Origin: Bacteroidales bacterium | GTDB lineage: Bacteria; Bacteroidota; Bacteroidia; Bacteroidales; JAADJA01 | Assembly (NCBI GenBank): GCA_047920975.1 | Contig: JBLRXC010000001.1 | Coordinates: forward strand, 12,220-76,219 | Length of the DNA: 64,000 nt | Direction: 5' to 3' | Part shown: positions 1 to 10,498 of the stretch, piece after piece | Numbering within the stretch: position 1 is the first letter of the stretch | Layout of the letters: each line of letters starts with the position of its first letter | Notes under the pieces: generated by a model | What the model was told of the DNA's origin: nothing | Databases searched by the model: none | The model's input: only the letters and a program-made list of their open reading frames with translations | Made by a program: the position numbers and the translations under genes

Positions 1-1046
<1,046 letters not shown>

Positions 1047-1106
1047 TTATTTGTATTGATTTTCATATGTAAGTTTCCGGCAACCAGAGAAAATATAACT
1101 GGTTTG

Positions 1107-1526
1107 TCAATTTCTTTTTTGTTTACCTATGATCTGCAGTTTCAGATCTTCAATTATAAAATCAGGGATCGCTTTGTTTTGAAAATAATCCGATAGTAAA
1201 TCGTTCAATTCATCATCTTTATAATCTTCAATTCTATCAGAATCAGCATAATATAAATGGTGATGGCTTTCCAGCACGGCATCATACCGCATGATATCCC
1301 TTTCCGTCTTCACCCTGTGAATCAGCCCGAAAGCGACAAATGTGTCAAGTGCTTTGTAAACGGTGCCCGAGGCTATGTTTGGATGGTTTGTCCGAATGTA
1401 TTCGATGATCTTTTCTACAGAAGGGTGGTTATTTAACCTTGTTACGGCTTCAAGGACAGCCATCCTTTGAGGCGTCACTTTCAGCCCTTTGTCTGCAATC
1501 CGCTTGCGAATTTCTTTTAAATCCAT
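1107..1526 (-). CDS. Fur-family metalloregulator, PerR-like by its position upstream of katG; contains no cysteine
   Basis: 139 aa. It has a winged-helix N-terminus (LKVTPQRMAVLEAV...HPSVEKIIEYI), a His cluster (ESHHHLYY), and sits 72 nt upstream of katG on the same strand. Confidence 0.8.
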   Translation of the reverse strand: MDLKEIRKRIADKGLKVTPQRMAVLEAVTRLNNHPSVEKIIEYIRTNHPNIASGTVYKALDTFVAFGLIHRVKTERDIMRYDAVLESHHHLYYADSDRIEDYKDDELNDLLSDYFQNKAIPDFIIEDLKLQIIGKQKRN

Positions 1527-1543
1527 CAGGATAATTACAAAAG

Positions 1544-1554
1544 AGAATGATTCT
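1544..1554. promoter_or_regulatory. Candidate operator: 5-1-5 palindrome AGAATGATTCT just upstream of the Fur-family gene
   Basis: Perfect palindrome read directly, 18 nt upstream of the start at 1526. AT-rich inverted repeats are typical of Fur/PerR boxes. Only one copy is present. Confidence 0.25.
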
Positions 1555-1833
1555 TATTTGGTAAAGAACAAAAATAGAGATTTATTGTTTAGCCACATTG
1601 TTTTGAATTAATTTTTTTGTGCAGATCCAGGCGGGTTGCCTGGGGTCATAGCGTTACAGTCGCCACTGTCAATGCTGCCTGAAAATTTAACCTGTCCCTG
1701 CCAGTCAGATACTCTTACCGGAAAGCACTCAGGGACGTTTCAGGGAAAAAAGGAAGGACACACCATTTACTATCAAATATAATCAATTGGATGTTTACCA
1801 TTAAATCTTCACTTACCCGTTGAAATAATTCCC

Positions 1834-1841
1834 TATTTTTG
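1834..1841 (+). promoter_or_regulatory. Bacteroidota-type -7 promoter box TATTTTTG
   Basis: Matches the TAnnTTTG consensus, 49 nt upstream of the ATG at 1891. Confidence 0.35.
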
Positions 1842-1890
1842 CAGGTCTATCTGTATTTTTAAAACAAGCTGAGTCAATTCAGTATCTTAT

Positions 1891-4104
1891 ATGCAGAAGA
1901 ACAATTTCGGTACAGGCCCGGTATTTTTTACAGCCATCTCCACTATTCTGGGGGCTATTTTGTTTCTCAGGTTTGGTTTTGCCATCGGAACCCTGGGATT
2001 TTGGGGGGTGATTCTCATTATCTTACTGGGTCACCTGGTAACCATTCCCACGGCCCTCGCTATTTCTGAATTGGCAACCAACAAAAGGGTTGAGGGTGGG
2101 GGAGAATATTACCTAATCTCGCGCTCTTTCGGCTTAAATATTGGAGCTACCATTGGCATTGCCCTGTTTTTATCCCAATCCATCAGCGTTGCTTTTTATG
2201 TGATTGCCTTTACAGAAGCATTTGAGTTCTTTTTTGACTGGATAAAGAATACCCATGGAATTTTACTTCCCAGGCAGGTTATCAGCATCCCGGTTATGCT
2301 GGGATTGTCTTTATTGATCCTAAAAAAAGGCGCTAATCTGGGGGTTAAAGCTCTTTATTTTATTGTGGGTATTTTGTTTCTCTCACTGATCCTTTTTTTT
2401 GCAGGCACGACTGATCATGCCAACACTTCTGAATTCACCCTTATTTCAGCACAGTTCAGGAATATGGATCAGTTTTTCCTTGTTTTTGCAATTGTCTTTC
2501 CGGCTTTTACAGGCATGACCGCAGGAGTCGGACTTTCCGGAGATTTAAAAAAACCATCGCGCTCCATACCCATTGGAACAATAAGTGCCACGTTCATAGG
2601 AATGGTCGTTTATGTTGTTATAAGTTATAAACTGGCCCTTTCCGCTACTCCTGAGGAACTTATTGACAACCAGTTTATCATGGGGAAAATTGCCATCGGG
2701 GGTGCTTTCATAATTCCTTTTGGGTTAGCTGCATCCACTATTTCATCGGCTCTGGGCTCCGTGATGGTTGCACCACGGACACTTCAGGCTTTGAGTTATG
2801 ACTACTCACTGCCGGTGCGGAGACTGAACAGAATTTTTTCGAAGGGACGTCCCAGTGATAACGAACCTGTGAATGCTTCCCTTGTAACATGCAGTATAGC
2901 ATTGGTTTTCGTTGCTTTTGGAAATGTGAATTCGGTCGCCGGGGTCATTTCCATGTTTTTTATGGTTACCTATGGTTCCCTTTGCCTTATTTCGTTTTTG
3001 AACCATTTCGGATCTTCACCTTCTTACCGTCCTTCATTTCATTCGCGCTGGTATATTTCACTGGTTGGTTTTTTGGTGGCAGTGTGGATCATGTTCAAAA
3101 TCAGCACTTTTTATGCTTTTACAGCAGCAGCTTTGATGACAGTTCTTTATCTCTACATCGATTCGTACCATAAAAACCGCCGGGGATTACAAGGGATTTT
3201 TGCAAATGCAATTTTTCAGATCAACAGAAATCTCCAGGTGTTTCTGCAAAAGACTGCGGTCAGTAGTCAGGCCGGTGAATGGCGGCCTAGTGCCATATGC
3301 ATTTCACGATATTCATTTCAACGCATGGCTGCTTTTGAATTCCTGACCTGGATTTCCTATAAATATGGTTTTGGCACTTACCTGCATTTGATTGAGGGTT
3401 ATTATTCCAAATCAACCGGCAAAGAGGCAGGTGAGACCCTGCGAAAGCTCAGGAAAAAGTTCGATGTGATTGAAAACCATGTGTATGTCGATACCCTGAT
3501 CTCTCCTTCTTACACTTCGGCGATTGCTCAGGCTATTCAGATTCCAGGTATCGCAGGTATGGAAAACAATATGGTGATCTTTGAGTTTGATAAAGAAAAA
3601 CCTGACAATATTCACGAAATTGTTGAGAACCTGGCCCTGGTGCAGGCTGGTAATTTTGATGTGTGCATTGTAGGAAGCTCATCACGGAAGATCAATCGGA
3701 AGGAGGATATCCACATCTGGATCAGGAGCATTGATGCGGAAAATGCTAACCTTTTGATCATGCTGGGATTCATTATTCTCGCCCATCCCCAATGGGCGAA
3801 ATCGAACATCCGGATATTTGATGTTTGCAAACCCAATGAAAAAGAGAATGTACAAAAGGCTATTGAAAATCTTTTGCTTACCGGTCGGTTGCCCATTACT
3901 CTTAAGAATGTGGAATTCATAACAGATCATCAGGGCGTAAGTCTGAAATCATTGATCACTGAAAAATCAGCTTTGGCCGGGTTGACCATTATCGGCTTCA
4001 GGGAAGAAATGGTGAAACACTATGGCGCTGAACTGTTCCTGGGTTACGAAAAAATCGGTATGACACTGTTTGTTAATTCTCAGGGGCAGAAGAGTATAGA
4101 TTAG
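1891..4104 (+). CDS. APC-superfamily permease with a large cytoplasmic C-terminal domain (cation-chloride cotransporter / SLC12-like)
   Basis: 737 aa. About 12 predicted TM helices in the first ~450 aa (FGFAIGTLGFWGVILIILLGHLVTIPTALAISELATN, FPAFTGMTAGVGLSGDLKKP) are followed by a ~280-aa soluble domain, which is the architecture of bacterial CCC homologues. Confidence 0.7.
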   Translation: MQKNNFGTGPVFFTAISTILGAILFLRFGFAIGTLGFWGVILIILLGHLVTIPTALAISELATNKRVEGGGEYYLISRSFGLNIGATIGIALFLSQSISVAFYVIAFTEAFEFFFDWIKNTHGILLPRQVISIPVMLGLSLLILKKGANLGVKALYFIVGILFLSLILFFAGTTDHANTSEFTLISAQFRNMDQFFLVFAIVFPAFTGMTAGVGLSGDLKKPSRSIPIGTISATFIGMVVYVVISYKLALSATPEELIDNQFIMGKIAIGGAFIIPFGLAASTISSALGSVMVAPRTLQALSYDYSLPVRRLNRIFSKGRPSDNEPVNASLVTCSIALVFVAFGNVNSVAGVISMFFMVTYGSLCLISFLNHFGSSPSYRPSFHSRWYISLVGFLVAVWIMFKISTFYAFTAAALMTVLYLYIDSYHKNRRGLQGIFANAIFQINRNLQVFLQKTAVSSQAGEWRPSAICISRYSFQRMAAFEFLTWISYKYGFGTYLHLIEGYYSKSTGKEAGETLRKLRKKFDVIENHVYVDTLISPSYTSAIAQAIQIPGIAGMENNMVIFEFDKEKPDNIHEIVENLALVQAGNFDVCIVGSSSRKINRKEDIHIWIRSIDAENANLLIMLGFIILAHPQWAKSNIRIFDVCKPNEKENVQKAIENLLLTGRLPITLKNVEFITDHQGVSLKSLITEKSALAGLTIIGFREEMVKHYGAELFLGYEKIGMTLFVNSQGQKSID

Positions 4105-4235
4105 ATGCAAAAAACAGGAAGTCAGATTTCTATGGTCACCGTTGACATTTTTTGGAGGTGTGGGATGCAGCCACCAACCTTCGGTTGTAAAGAATTTCTG
4201 AGTCCAAGATGAACAAAAGGCGGCATTAAAATATC

Positions 4236-4251
4236 TCGTCCCTGACGGGAC
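4236..4251. repeat. Short GC hairpin TCGTCCC-TGAC-GGGAC, member of a family
   Basis: Read directly. Located in the convergent gap between the permease and the ABC gene. Related copies are at 20442, 20472 and 53781. Confidence 0.6.
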
Positions 4252-4321
4252 TATGAAATTCTATCCTCTTAAGGACGATATTCTTCACGTACCAGGGAAA
4301 ATGGTCTGAAAATAACAGGTT

Positions 4322-6124
4322 TCACCCCATCACATCAATCTGAAGGGATGTAAGGTTTTTGTAAATCCCTCCTTCAAGGTTCATCAATGCTTCGTGATTT
4401 CCGGATTCTTTAACCTCTCCTTTGTCAATCACGATGATCCTGTCTGCATTCCGGATTGTTGAGAGCCGGTGTGCAATGATGATGGATGTCCTGCCCGCCA
4501 TCAGTTTGACAAGAGCCTCCTGAACCAGCCGTTCCGATTCGGAATCGAGAGATGAAGTGGCTTCATCCAGGATCAGAATGGAAGGATCTTTGAGGATAGC
4601 CCTGGCAATGGCGATTCGCTGCCGCTGACCACCTGAAAGCTGGATTCCCCGGTCACCGACAAGTGTTTCCAATCCTTCAGGAAAGGACTCAATGAACTCA
4701 AGGGCGTTGGCCTGCTCTGCAGCACGGAGAATCTCCTTTTTGGTTGCTTTGGGCTTTCCGTATCCTATATTTTCGCGGATGGTACCACCAAAAAGAAGTA
4801 CCTCCTGCGGCACAATGGCCATGTTGTTCCTGAGACCAGTGAGATCGTAATCCATGATATCCTTCCGATCAATCATAATCTTTCCTGAATCCGGCTGATA
4901 AAATCTGAGCAGCAAACCGGAGATCGTACTTTTCCCTGCACCGGAAGGGCCAACCAGTGCCATTTGTTCCCCTTTTCTGACTTGAAAAGAGATCTTCTTC
5001 AAAACAGGTAAATCCTTCCGCGTTGGGTAAGCAAATGAAACATTCTCAAAAATTACTTCTCCGGATACACGAGTCGGAGACATATCAACACCGTCTGCAA
5101 TTATCTCTGGTTTCTCATCCAGGATATCCATCAGGTTTTCGGTAGCCCCGATCGCTTTTTGCAGCTGAGAATACAAATCAGCCATACCACTGATCGACCC
5201 GGCAATGAAAACGGTATAAAGTACAAATTTGAAAAGATCACCGGATGTCATTCCTTCACCCTGGTTCACTAGATAAACACCATACCAGATCACACCAACC
5301 ACCGATCCGAAAAGGGCAAAAAAGATAAACGAAACAAAGAGTCCTCTCCATTTGGCTCCCTTCAAAGCAACTTCCACCACCTCATTGGTCTTTTTCCTGT
5401 ACCTTGTAATCTCGAAGAGTTCATTGGCAAATGCCTTCACGCTGGCAATGGCTTGCAGGGTCTCTTCAACAATGGTGTTGGATTCAGCCACTTTGGTTTG
5501 TGCATCTTTGGAGAGCCGCCTGATAAAAGATCCGAAAAATCTCGTGATGACTGCGATAACAGGTACAAAGGCAAGCATGAACAGGGTTAGTTTGAAGGAT
5601 ATAATGGTCAGTAACGCGATGCCTCCCAGAATTGTAACAACCTGCCGGATGAACTGGGCAATCGTTGAGGTGAATGTTTCCTGTAAAAGTGCCACATCTG
5701 CAGAAATCCTGCTGTTCAGTTCACCAATTCTCCGGCTCGAAAAAAAAACCATGGGAAGTTTGATCAGATGATCATAGGTCGTTTGGCGGAGGAGAGCCAG
5801 GGTTCGCTCGGTTACGATCGCAAAAAGATATATCCTGAAATATGAAAACACTGCATTGGCAAGGAATATAGCAATGAGGATGAATCCAATCCTGTTGATG
5901 GATTCCATCGTTCCCGTCGTGGCTGCATCGAGCAGGTCGCCCATCAGTGCCGGGAATATTAATGTGGTCAGACTTGAAAGCAGGAGAAATATCAAACCTG
6001 TAATAAAAGTGCCTCGTTGGGGTCTTACAAAGCGAAATAACCGCATCAGCCGCCGAAGACCCTGCCGTGTGATTTTCTTTTTTGGTGTTTCCCTGTCGTC
6101 AGTTATCCTGTGATGTCTGGCCAT
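4322..6124 (-). CDS. ABC exporter, fused permease/ATPase (MsbA / multidrug type)
   Basis: 600 aa. Six-TM N-terminal half, Walker A GPSGAGKST, signature LSGGQRQR, Walker B ILILDEATS. Confidence 0.9.
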   Translation of the reverse strand: MARHHRITDDRETPKKKITRQGLRRLMRLFRFVRPQRGTFITGLIFLLLSSLTTLIFPALMGDLLDAATTGTMESINRIGFILIAIFLANAVFSYFRIYLFAIVTERTLALLRQTTYDHLIKLPMVFFSSRRIGELNSRISADVALLQETFTSTIAQFIRQVVTILGGIALLTIISFKLTLFMLAFVPVIAVITRFFGSFIRRLSKDAQTKVAESNTIVEETLQAIASVKAFANELFEITRYRKKTNEVVEVALKGAKWRGLFVSFIFFALFGSVVGVIWYGVYLVNQGEGMTSGDLFKFVLYTVFIAGSISGMADLYSQLQKAIGATENLMDILDEKPEIIADGVDMSPTRVSGEVIFENVSFAYPTRKDLPVLKKISFQVRKGEQMALVGPSGAGKSTISGLLLRFYQPDSGKIMIDRKDIMDYDLTGLRNNMAIVPQEVLLFGGTIRENIGYGKPKATKKEILRAAEQANALEFIESFPEGLETLVGDRGIQLSGGQRQRIAIARAILKDPSILILDEATSSLDSESERLVQEALVKLMAGRTSIIIAHRLSTIRNADRIIVIDKGEVKESGNHEALMNLEGGIYKNLTSLQIDVMG

Positions 6125-6384
6125 ATTAGAAAAGTGGCAAAGTTAGCAAAAAGCGATTGCCTGAATCAAAATTTGTGGAATTGGAGGTTTGTACAAGAGC
6201 GTATTGTGCAAAAAACAACCCTCTATGCAAATATGTTATCGGCCCGGTTAAAAATTTAGGTTTAGTCTCGTTATAAATAACGTATCAAATCACAGTTTAT
6301 CAGTGCTTTAAGAATAGCTATCGTCAACCATTTAAAAATTCAGATTTCATTTGTAAATGATTAAATATAGATAATTTCGCATAT

Positions 6385-6392
6385 TATTTTTG
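6385..6392 (+). promoter_or_regulatory. -7 promoter box TATTTTTG for the cytochrome/sulfur operon
   Basis: TAnnTTTG match 62 nt upstream of the ATG at 6455. Confidence 0.35.
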
Positions 6393-6454
6393 CGCAGATG
6401 AAAGGGCTAAGAAACACCCACACTGCTCAGGTTTGATCCTTAAAAGGTCTGGTT

Positions 6455-8041
6455 ATGGAAAATCTGAAAACCATTATCACATTTCTGCTTTCTATCATTG
6501 CTCCATTGGTGATTGTGACGCTGGTTTTGCGCGAACCGCCTGTCGATCATCAAAAGCTTGAAGAATTGCGACAGAAGTATTCTGAGGTGCATCAGCAGGT
6601 TGTTGACCATGGCAAGCATGAAATACTTCAGCAGGATTTTTCAAATCCTCATGCGATCACTGCAGCTTGTTTGTCATGTCATACAGAGCGGGGTGAGGAA
6701 GTTCTCCGCAATGCCCACTGGAACTGGGAGCGTGAGGCTTTTATTTCCGGAAAGGGTGTTACCTATCTCGGAAAGAAAACCCTGATCAATAATTTCTGCA
6801 CAGGTATTGCTTCGAATGAAGGAACCTGTAACCGCTGCCATATTGGCTACGGGTGGAAGGACAAAACCTTCGACTTCACCAATGCCTTCAATATTGACTG
6901 TCTGATCTGTCATGACAATACGCATACCTATGAAAAAGCCAAAGGGGCAGCCGGCTATCCACCGATGGGTGCGGAGGCTCCTGATTACAAATATATTCTG
7001 GCCAATGTGGGCAGGCCTGAGCGGGAGAACTGCGGCTATTGCCATTTTCACAGTGCCGGAGGCAACAATGTAAAGCATGGTGATCTTGAGATGGCATTGC
7101 TTACAGCAGATCGTACCATTGATGTGCACATGGGCGTGGATGGAATGAATTTCAATTGTATTGAATGCCATCCGGCTCAGAACCACCAGATGCTGGGCCG
7201 GTATTATGGTGTCTCCTCCTCTGACACCCAAAGAGCAACTTGTGAACAATGCCACACTTCAGTGCCTCATTCAAACAGTAAACTCAATGAGCACACCATC
7301 AAGGTAGCGTGTCAAACCTGTCATATACCGGTCTATGCAAAAGTGAACCCCACCAAGATGTTTTGGGACTGGTCAACAGCAACACGCCGAAAGGATGGAC
7401 TCCCTTACACAGAGGTCGATGCGGAAGGTGATGAGGTCTATTCCTCCATCAAGGGTGATTTTGACTGGGAACGGTTGGTACAACCGGAGTATTATTGGTT
7501 CAACGGAACTGCTGACCATCACCTGATCACTGAAAAGGTAGACCTGGATAATCTGCCGTTGAAAATAAATACCCTCTTTGGTGAGTACCGCGATCGCAAT
7601 GCTAAAATATACCCTGTAAAAGTGCACCGGGGAAAACAGCCCTATGATACCGAAAACATGAACATTATCCAACCCAAACTTTGGGATGCAGAAGCAAACA
7701 AGGGTGCGTTATGGGTTGATCTCGACTGGGCAGCAGCGCTCAGAACCGGTATGGAGTACCTCGAAATGCCTTACAGCGGAAAATATGATTTTATTCCGAC
7801 AGAAATGTTCCTGCCGGTCAACCATATGGTTTCACTCTCATCTGAATCACTGAACTGCAAGGATTGCCATACCCGCTCAGGCGGGCGGCTGGATAATCTT
7901 CGTGATTTTTACATGCCCGGACGTGATTACAATGCCGCCATCGATACCTTTGGAAGAATTTTGATATGGTTCTCAATTCTGGGGGTAGCTGTGCACGGAT
8001 CCATAAGAATTATGCATTTCAGAAAAACCAGTAAAAACTAA
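6455..8041 (+). CDS. Octaheme c-type cytochrome, resembles the tetrathionate-reductase (Otr) family; TM helices at both termini
   Basis: Eight CxxCH motifs read directly: CLSCH, CNRCH, CLICH, CGYCH, CIECH, CEQCH, CQTCH, CKDCH. The spacing and flanks (AHWNWE, INNFC, GYGW, VKHGDLE, VACQTCHIP, PTKMFWDWS) match my memory of Otr-family proteins. There is an N-terminal anchor IITFLLSIIAPLVIVTLVL and a C-terminal helix ILIWFSILGVAV. Confidence 0.75.
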   Translation: MENLKTIITFLLSIIAPLVIVTLVLREPPVDHQKLEELRQKYSEVHQQVVDHGKHEILQQDFSNPHAITAACLSCHTERGEEVLRNAHWNWEREAFISGKGVTYLGKKTLINNFCTGIASNEGTCNRCHIGYGWKDKTFDFTNAFNIDCLICHDNTHTYEKAKGAAGYPPMGAEAPDYKYILANVGRPERENCGYCHFHSAGGNNVKHGDLEMALLTADRTIDVHMGVDGMNFNCIECHPAQNHQMLGRYYGVSSSDTQRATCEQCHTSVPHSNSKLNEHTIKVACQTCHIPVYAKVNPTKMFWDWSTATRRKDGLPYTEVDAEGDEVYSSIKGDFDWERLVQPEYYWFNGTADHHLITEKVDLDNLPLKINTLFGEYRDRNAKIYPVKVHRGKQPYDTENMNIIQPKLWDAEANKGALWVDLDWAAALRTGMEYLEMPYSGKYDFIPTEMFLPVNHMVSLSSESLNCKDCHTRSGGRLDNLRDFYMPGRDYNAAIDTFGRILIWFSILGVAVHGSIRIMHFRKTSKN

Positions 8042-8058
8042 TTTCAATCTATCTTGGG

Positions 8059-8718
8059 ATGAACAACAGGAAAACAGTAAAAGCATATGTATATCAGCGA
8101 TTTGAAAGATTCTGGCACTGGACACAATCATTCCTGATCATTTTTCTTGCCATCACAGGTTTTGAAATTCATAGCAGCTATTCGCTCTTTGGGTTTGATA
8201 CAGCTGTCGACCTGCATAACAAAGCAGCCTGGGCTTTCATTGTCCTGATCATTTTTGCTTTCTTCTGGCATTTCTCAACCGGTGAATGGAAACAATATAT
8301 ACCTACAACGAAAAACTTAAAAGCACAGACTGAATACTATCTCATGGGTATATTCAGGAATGCTCCCCACCCGACAAAAAAGACCGTTCTCAGCAAACTG
8401 AATCCACTCCAGAGATTGGTTTATTTAGGCCTGAAACTGCTGGTCATACCTGTAATGTTACTCTCAGGACTTCTCTACATGTTTTACCGGTATCCGCAAT
8501 CCGGTGTCATTGAGTCTGCAAACATCGAAAGCCTTGAGATCATTGCACTGGTTCACACATTGGGCGCTTTCCTGCTGGTTGCGTTCCTGGTGGTTCATCT
8601 CTATCTGATCACAACAGGTCATACGGTTACTTCGAATCTGAAGGCCATGATCACCGGGTGGGAAGAACTGGAAACGGATGAGAAGGAGGATTTGAGAACA
8701 GGAATTAACGATTTGTGA
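8059..8718 (+). CDS. Membrane di-heme cytochrome b (Ni/Fe-hydrogenase / PhsC / FdnI-type b subunit)
   Basis: 219 aa with four TM helices and conserved His residues (RFWHWTQ, EIHS, LVHTLG, VVHLY). It starts 17 nt after the octaheme gene. Confidence 0.75.
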   Translation: MNNRKTVKAYVYQRFERFWHWTQSFLIIFLAITGFEIHSSYSLFGFDTAVDLHNKAAWAFIVLIIFAFFWHFSTGEWKQYIPTTKNLKAQTEYYLMGIFRNAPHPTKKTVLSKLNPLQRLVYLGLKLLVIPVMLLSGLLYMFYRYPQSGVIESANIESLEIIALVHTLGAFLLVAFLVVHLYLITTGHTVTSNLKAMITGWEELETDEKEDLRTGINDL

Positions 8719-8840
8719 TTAGAGAATGGTTAAATGAGGAATCAGGATAGGGTTTTGTTCATTAAATTAAAACTAAGTGTTGATCAGGTAACTTTTAAAA
8801 TCATTAAACATTGTTCGTTAATCTTAAATCACCTGGTAAT

Positions 8841-9944
8841 ATGTTTATATTAAAGTTAATAAACAGGAACAACAGAATTGCCAAACTAATCATAGCAGGG
8901 CTTGCAGCAATGGTTTTGATCTCATGCAGCCAAACCAGTGAAGAGGTTAGCTTTGATAAACCCTCAGTGGAAAACACAATGTTATTGCTTGACTGGATAG
9001 AACAAACAGGAGATTACACCAATAGCAGCGAATTTCCATCGATTTTGGACGCCGCAGAGGTCTATGCATGGCGCGATGAAAACATCCTCCTGATTGACCT
9101 CAGGCCTTATGAGCATTACCGGGCCGGGCATATTGAGCATGCTATTAACCTGAGGCCCGGAGAGGTAATGCATTTCTTCCGGAATAAGATAGATCCGCCG
9201 GCATTCAAAAGCATTATATTCACCTGTAACACCGGTATGCTTTCATCTTATGTTACCAGTGTTTTGCGTAACCTCGGTTATAACAACACCTTCGCCATGC
9301 GGTACGGCATGAGTGGTTGGGACCGCTCCATAGCTGAACAATACTGGCTGGCAAATACCGGTGATCAGTTTGAGGGGAAATTAGAGCAGACCAATAATCC
9401 GATGATGCAGGCAGGATTGCTTCCAGCCATTGAAAACAAAGGGAATGATGGTTTTATGCTGGCCGTTTCACAGGCTGAAAAGGTTCTTTCAGAATCCCCT
9501 GACGAGTTTATGATCTCCATAGATGAATTGAGTAAAGATTTGGTTAAATATTACATTGTTTGCTATTGGTCGGATGATAAATGTTCGGAAGCAGGTCATT
9601 TGCCCGGGGCAGTCCGGTATGAACCCAAAAGATCACTGACCCGTGACTCTTTTTTAAATACACTTCCGACAGATCGGCCGATTGTTATTTATTGTAACAG
9701 TGCACATCAGAGCTCTTTTGTTACCGCCTACCTGAGGATGCTCGGCTATGATGCCAGAAGCCTGATCTATGGCGCCAATGGTTTTATTTACAAAACCATG
9801 ATGCGGCTTGAACCGAATCCCAGGAGGACTTTCAAGGAGGGTTTTATTCAGAACCTTCCTCTGGTAACTGAAAAGAACCGTCAGCCGGAACCGGAATCCA
9901 AAGACATTGAAATTGAAAAAACCACCATTCAGGGCGGTTGTTGA
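8841..9944 (+). CDS. Tandem-rhodanese lipoprotein with a C-terminal GGC tail
   Basis: The ATG at 8841 gives a signal peptide plus lipobox (LAAMVLISCSQ). There are two rhodanese domains with active-site loops FTCNTGMLSS and IYCNSAHQSS. The protein ends ...DIEIEKTTIQGGC. Confidence 0.8.
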   Translation: MFILKLINRNNRIAKLIIAGLAAMVLISCSQTSEEVSFDKPSVENTMLLLDWIEQTGDYTNSSEFPSILDAAEVYAWRDENILLIDLRPYEHYRAGHIEHAINLRPGEVMHFFRNKIDPPAFKSIIFTCNTGMLSSYVTSVLRNLGYNNTFAMRYGMSGWDRSIAEQYWLANTGDQFEGKLEQTNNPMMQAGLLPAIENKGNDGFMLAVSQAEKVLSESPDEFMISIDELSKDLVKYYIVCYWSDDKCSEAGHLPGAVRYEPKRSLTRDSFLNTLPTDRPIVIYCNSAHQSSFVTAYLRMLGYDARSLIYGANGFIYKTMMRLEPNPRRTFKEGFIQNLPLVTEKNRQPEPESKDIEIEKTTIQGGC

Positions 9945-9959
9945 CAAACTAAATTGATT

Positions 9960-10484
9960 ATGATGGAAAACAGAGTGAAACCTTACATGAACTCCTACCT
10001 GGCTGGTTTTCTGCTGGGTCTGGTACTGCTCTCTGCATTTTTTGTTACCGGTCGTGGTCTCGGTGCCAGCGGAGCTGCCAAAAGTGTTGTTATCAGCACG
10101 GTTGCCGGTACTGCGCCTGAATATGCTGCTGCCAATCCGTTCTATGGGGAGTATTTCCGCGAAGGTCCCGGACCCATGAAAAACTGGCTGGTTTATCTGA
10201 CGCTTGGTGTATTGGCAGGAGCTTTCTTTTCGGGAGCTATGTCAGGACGTATGGGGTTTAAAATTGAGAAGGGTCCCCGGATAAGCTCCGGATACAGGTT
10301 GATGTTTGCTACCCTGGGCGGCCTCCTCTTTGGATTGGGTGCCCAATTCGGGAGAGGCTGTACCAGTGGTGCGGCCCTCACAGGCATGGCGATTCTTTCC
10401 ACTGCCGGGTTTGTCACAATGATGGCTATCTTCGGTTCCGGCTATGTCATCGCATGGTTTTTCAGAAAACTCTGGCTGAATTAA
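9960..10484 (+). CDS. YeeE/YedE-family sulfur-transport membrane protein, half-size subunit 1
   Basis: About 174 aa, polytopic, with the GRGCTSGAALTG motif typical of YeeE/YedE (Sulf_transp). It starts 15 nt after the rhodanese gene. Confidence 0.8.
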   Translation: MMENRVKPYMNSYLAGFLLGLVLLSAFFVTGRGLGASGAAKSVVISTVAGTAPEYAAANPFYGEYFREGPGPMKNWLVYLTLGVLAGAFFSGAMSGRMGFKIEKGPRISSGYRLMFATLGGLLFGLGAQFGRGCTSGAALTGMAILSTAGFVTMMAIFGSGYVIAWFFRKLWLN

Positions 10485-10486
10485 AA

Positions 10487-10492
10487 AGGAGG
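10487..10492 (+). promoter_or_regulatory. Strong Shine-Dalgarno AGGAGG, 6 nt before the ATG at 10499
   Basis: Read directly (ttaaaaAGGAGGtaaactATG). I saw no comparable SD upstream of the other gene starts I inspected. Confidence 0.5.
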
Positions 10493-10498
10493 TAAACT

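Noticed and set aside
1662-1668. GCCACTG, reminiscent of the cobalamin-riboswitch B12-box region, with AGTCAGATAC nearby
   Set aside because: I could not find the other conserved cobalamin-riboswitch elements. The downstream gene is not a B12-related transporter, and the best promoter lies downstream of the motif.
6347-6360. Palindrome tcattt-gt-aaatga upstream of the octaheme operon as a regulator (CRP/FNR-like) site
   Set aside because: There is a single occurrence, it matches no consensus I know, and its spacing to the -7 box (about 25 nt) does not fit the -33 element or a class II activator site. I noted it but cannot support it.
6674-7255. Long antisense or out-of-frame ORFs inside well-supported genes. 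Examples: 6674..7255, 12661..13290, 19222..19779, 19834..20397, 30657..31139, 38385..38966, 46375..46866, 56991..57659, 58335..58922, 62524..63081
   Set aside because: Each is fully embedded in a gene with strong family motifs on the other strand or frame. None shows a motif of its own. Such ORFs are typical shadow ORFs.
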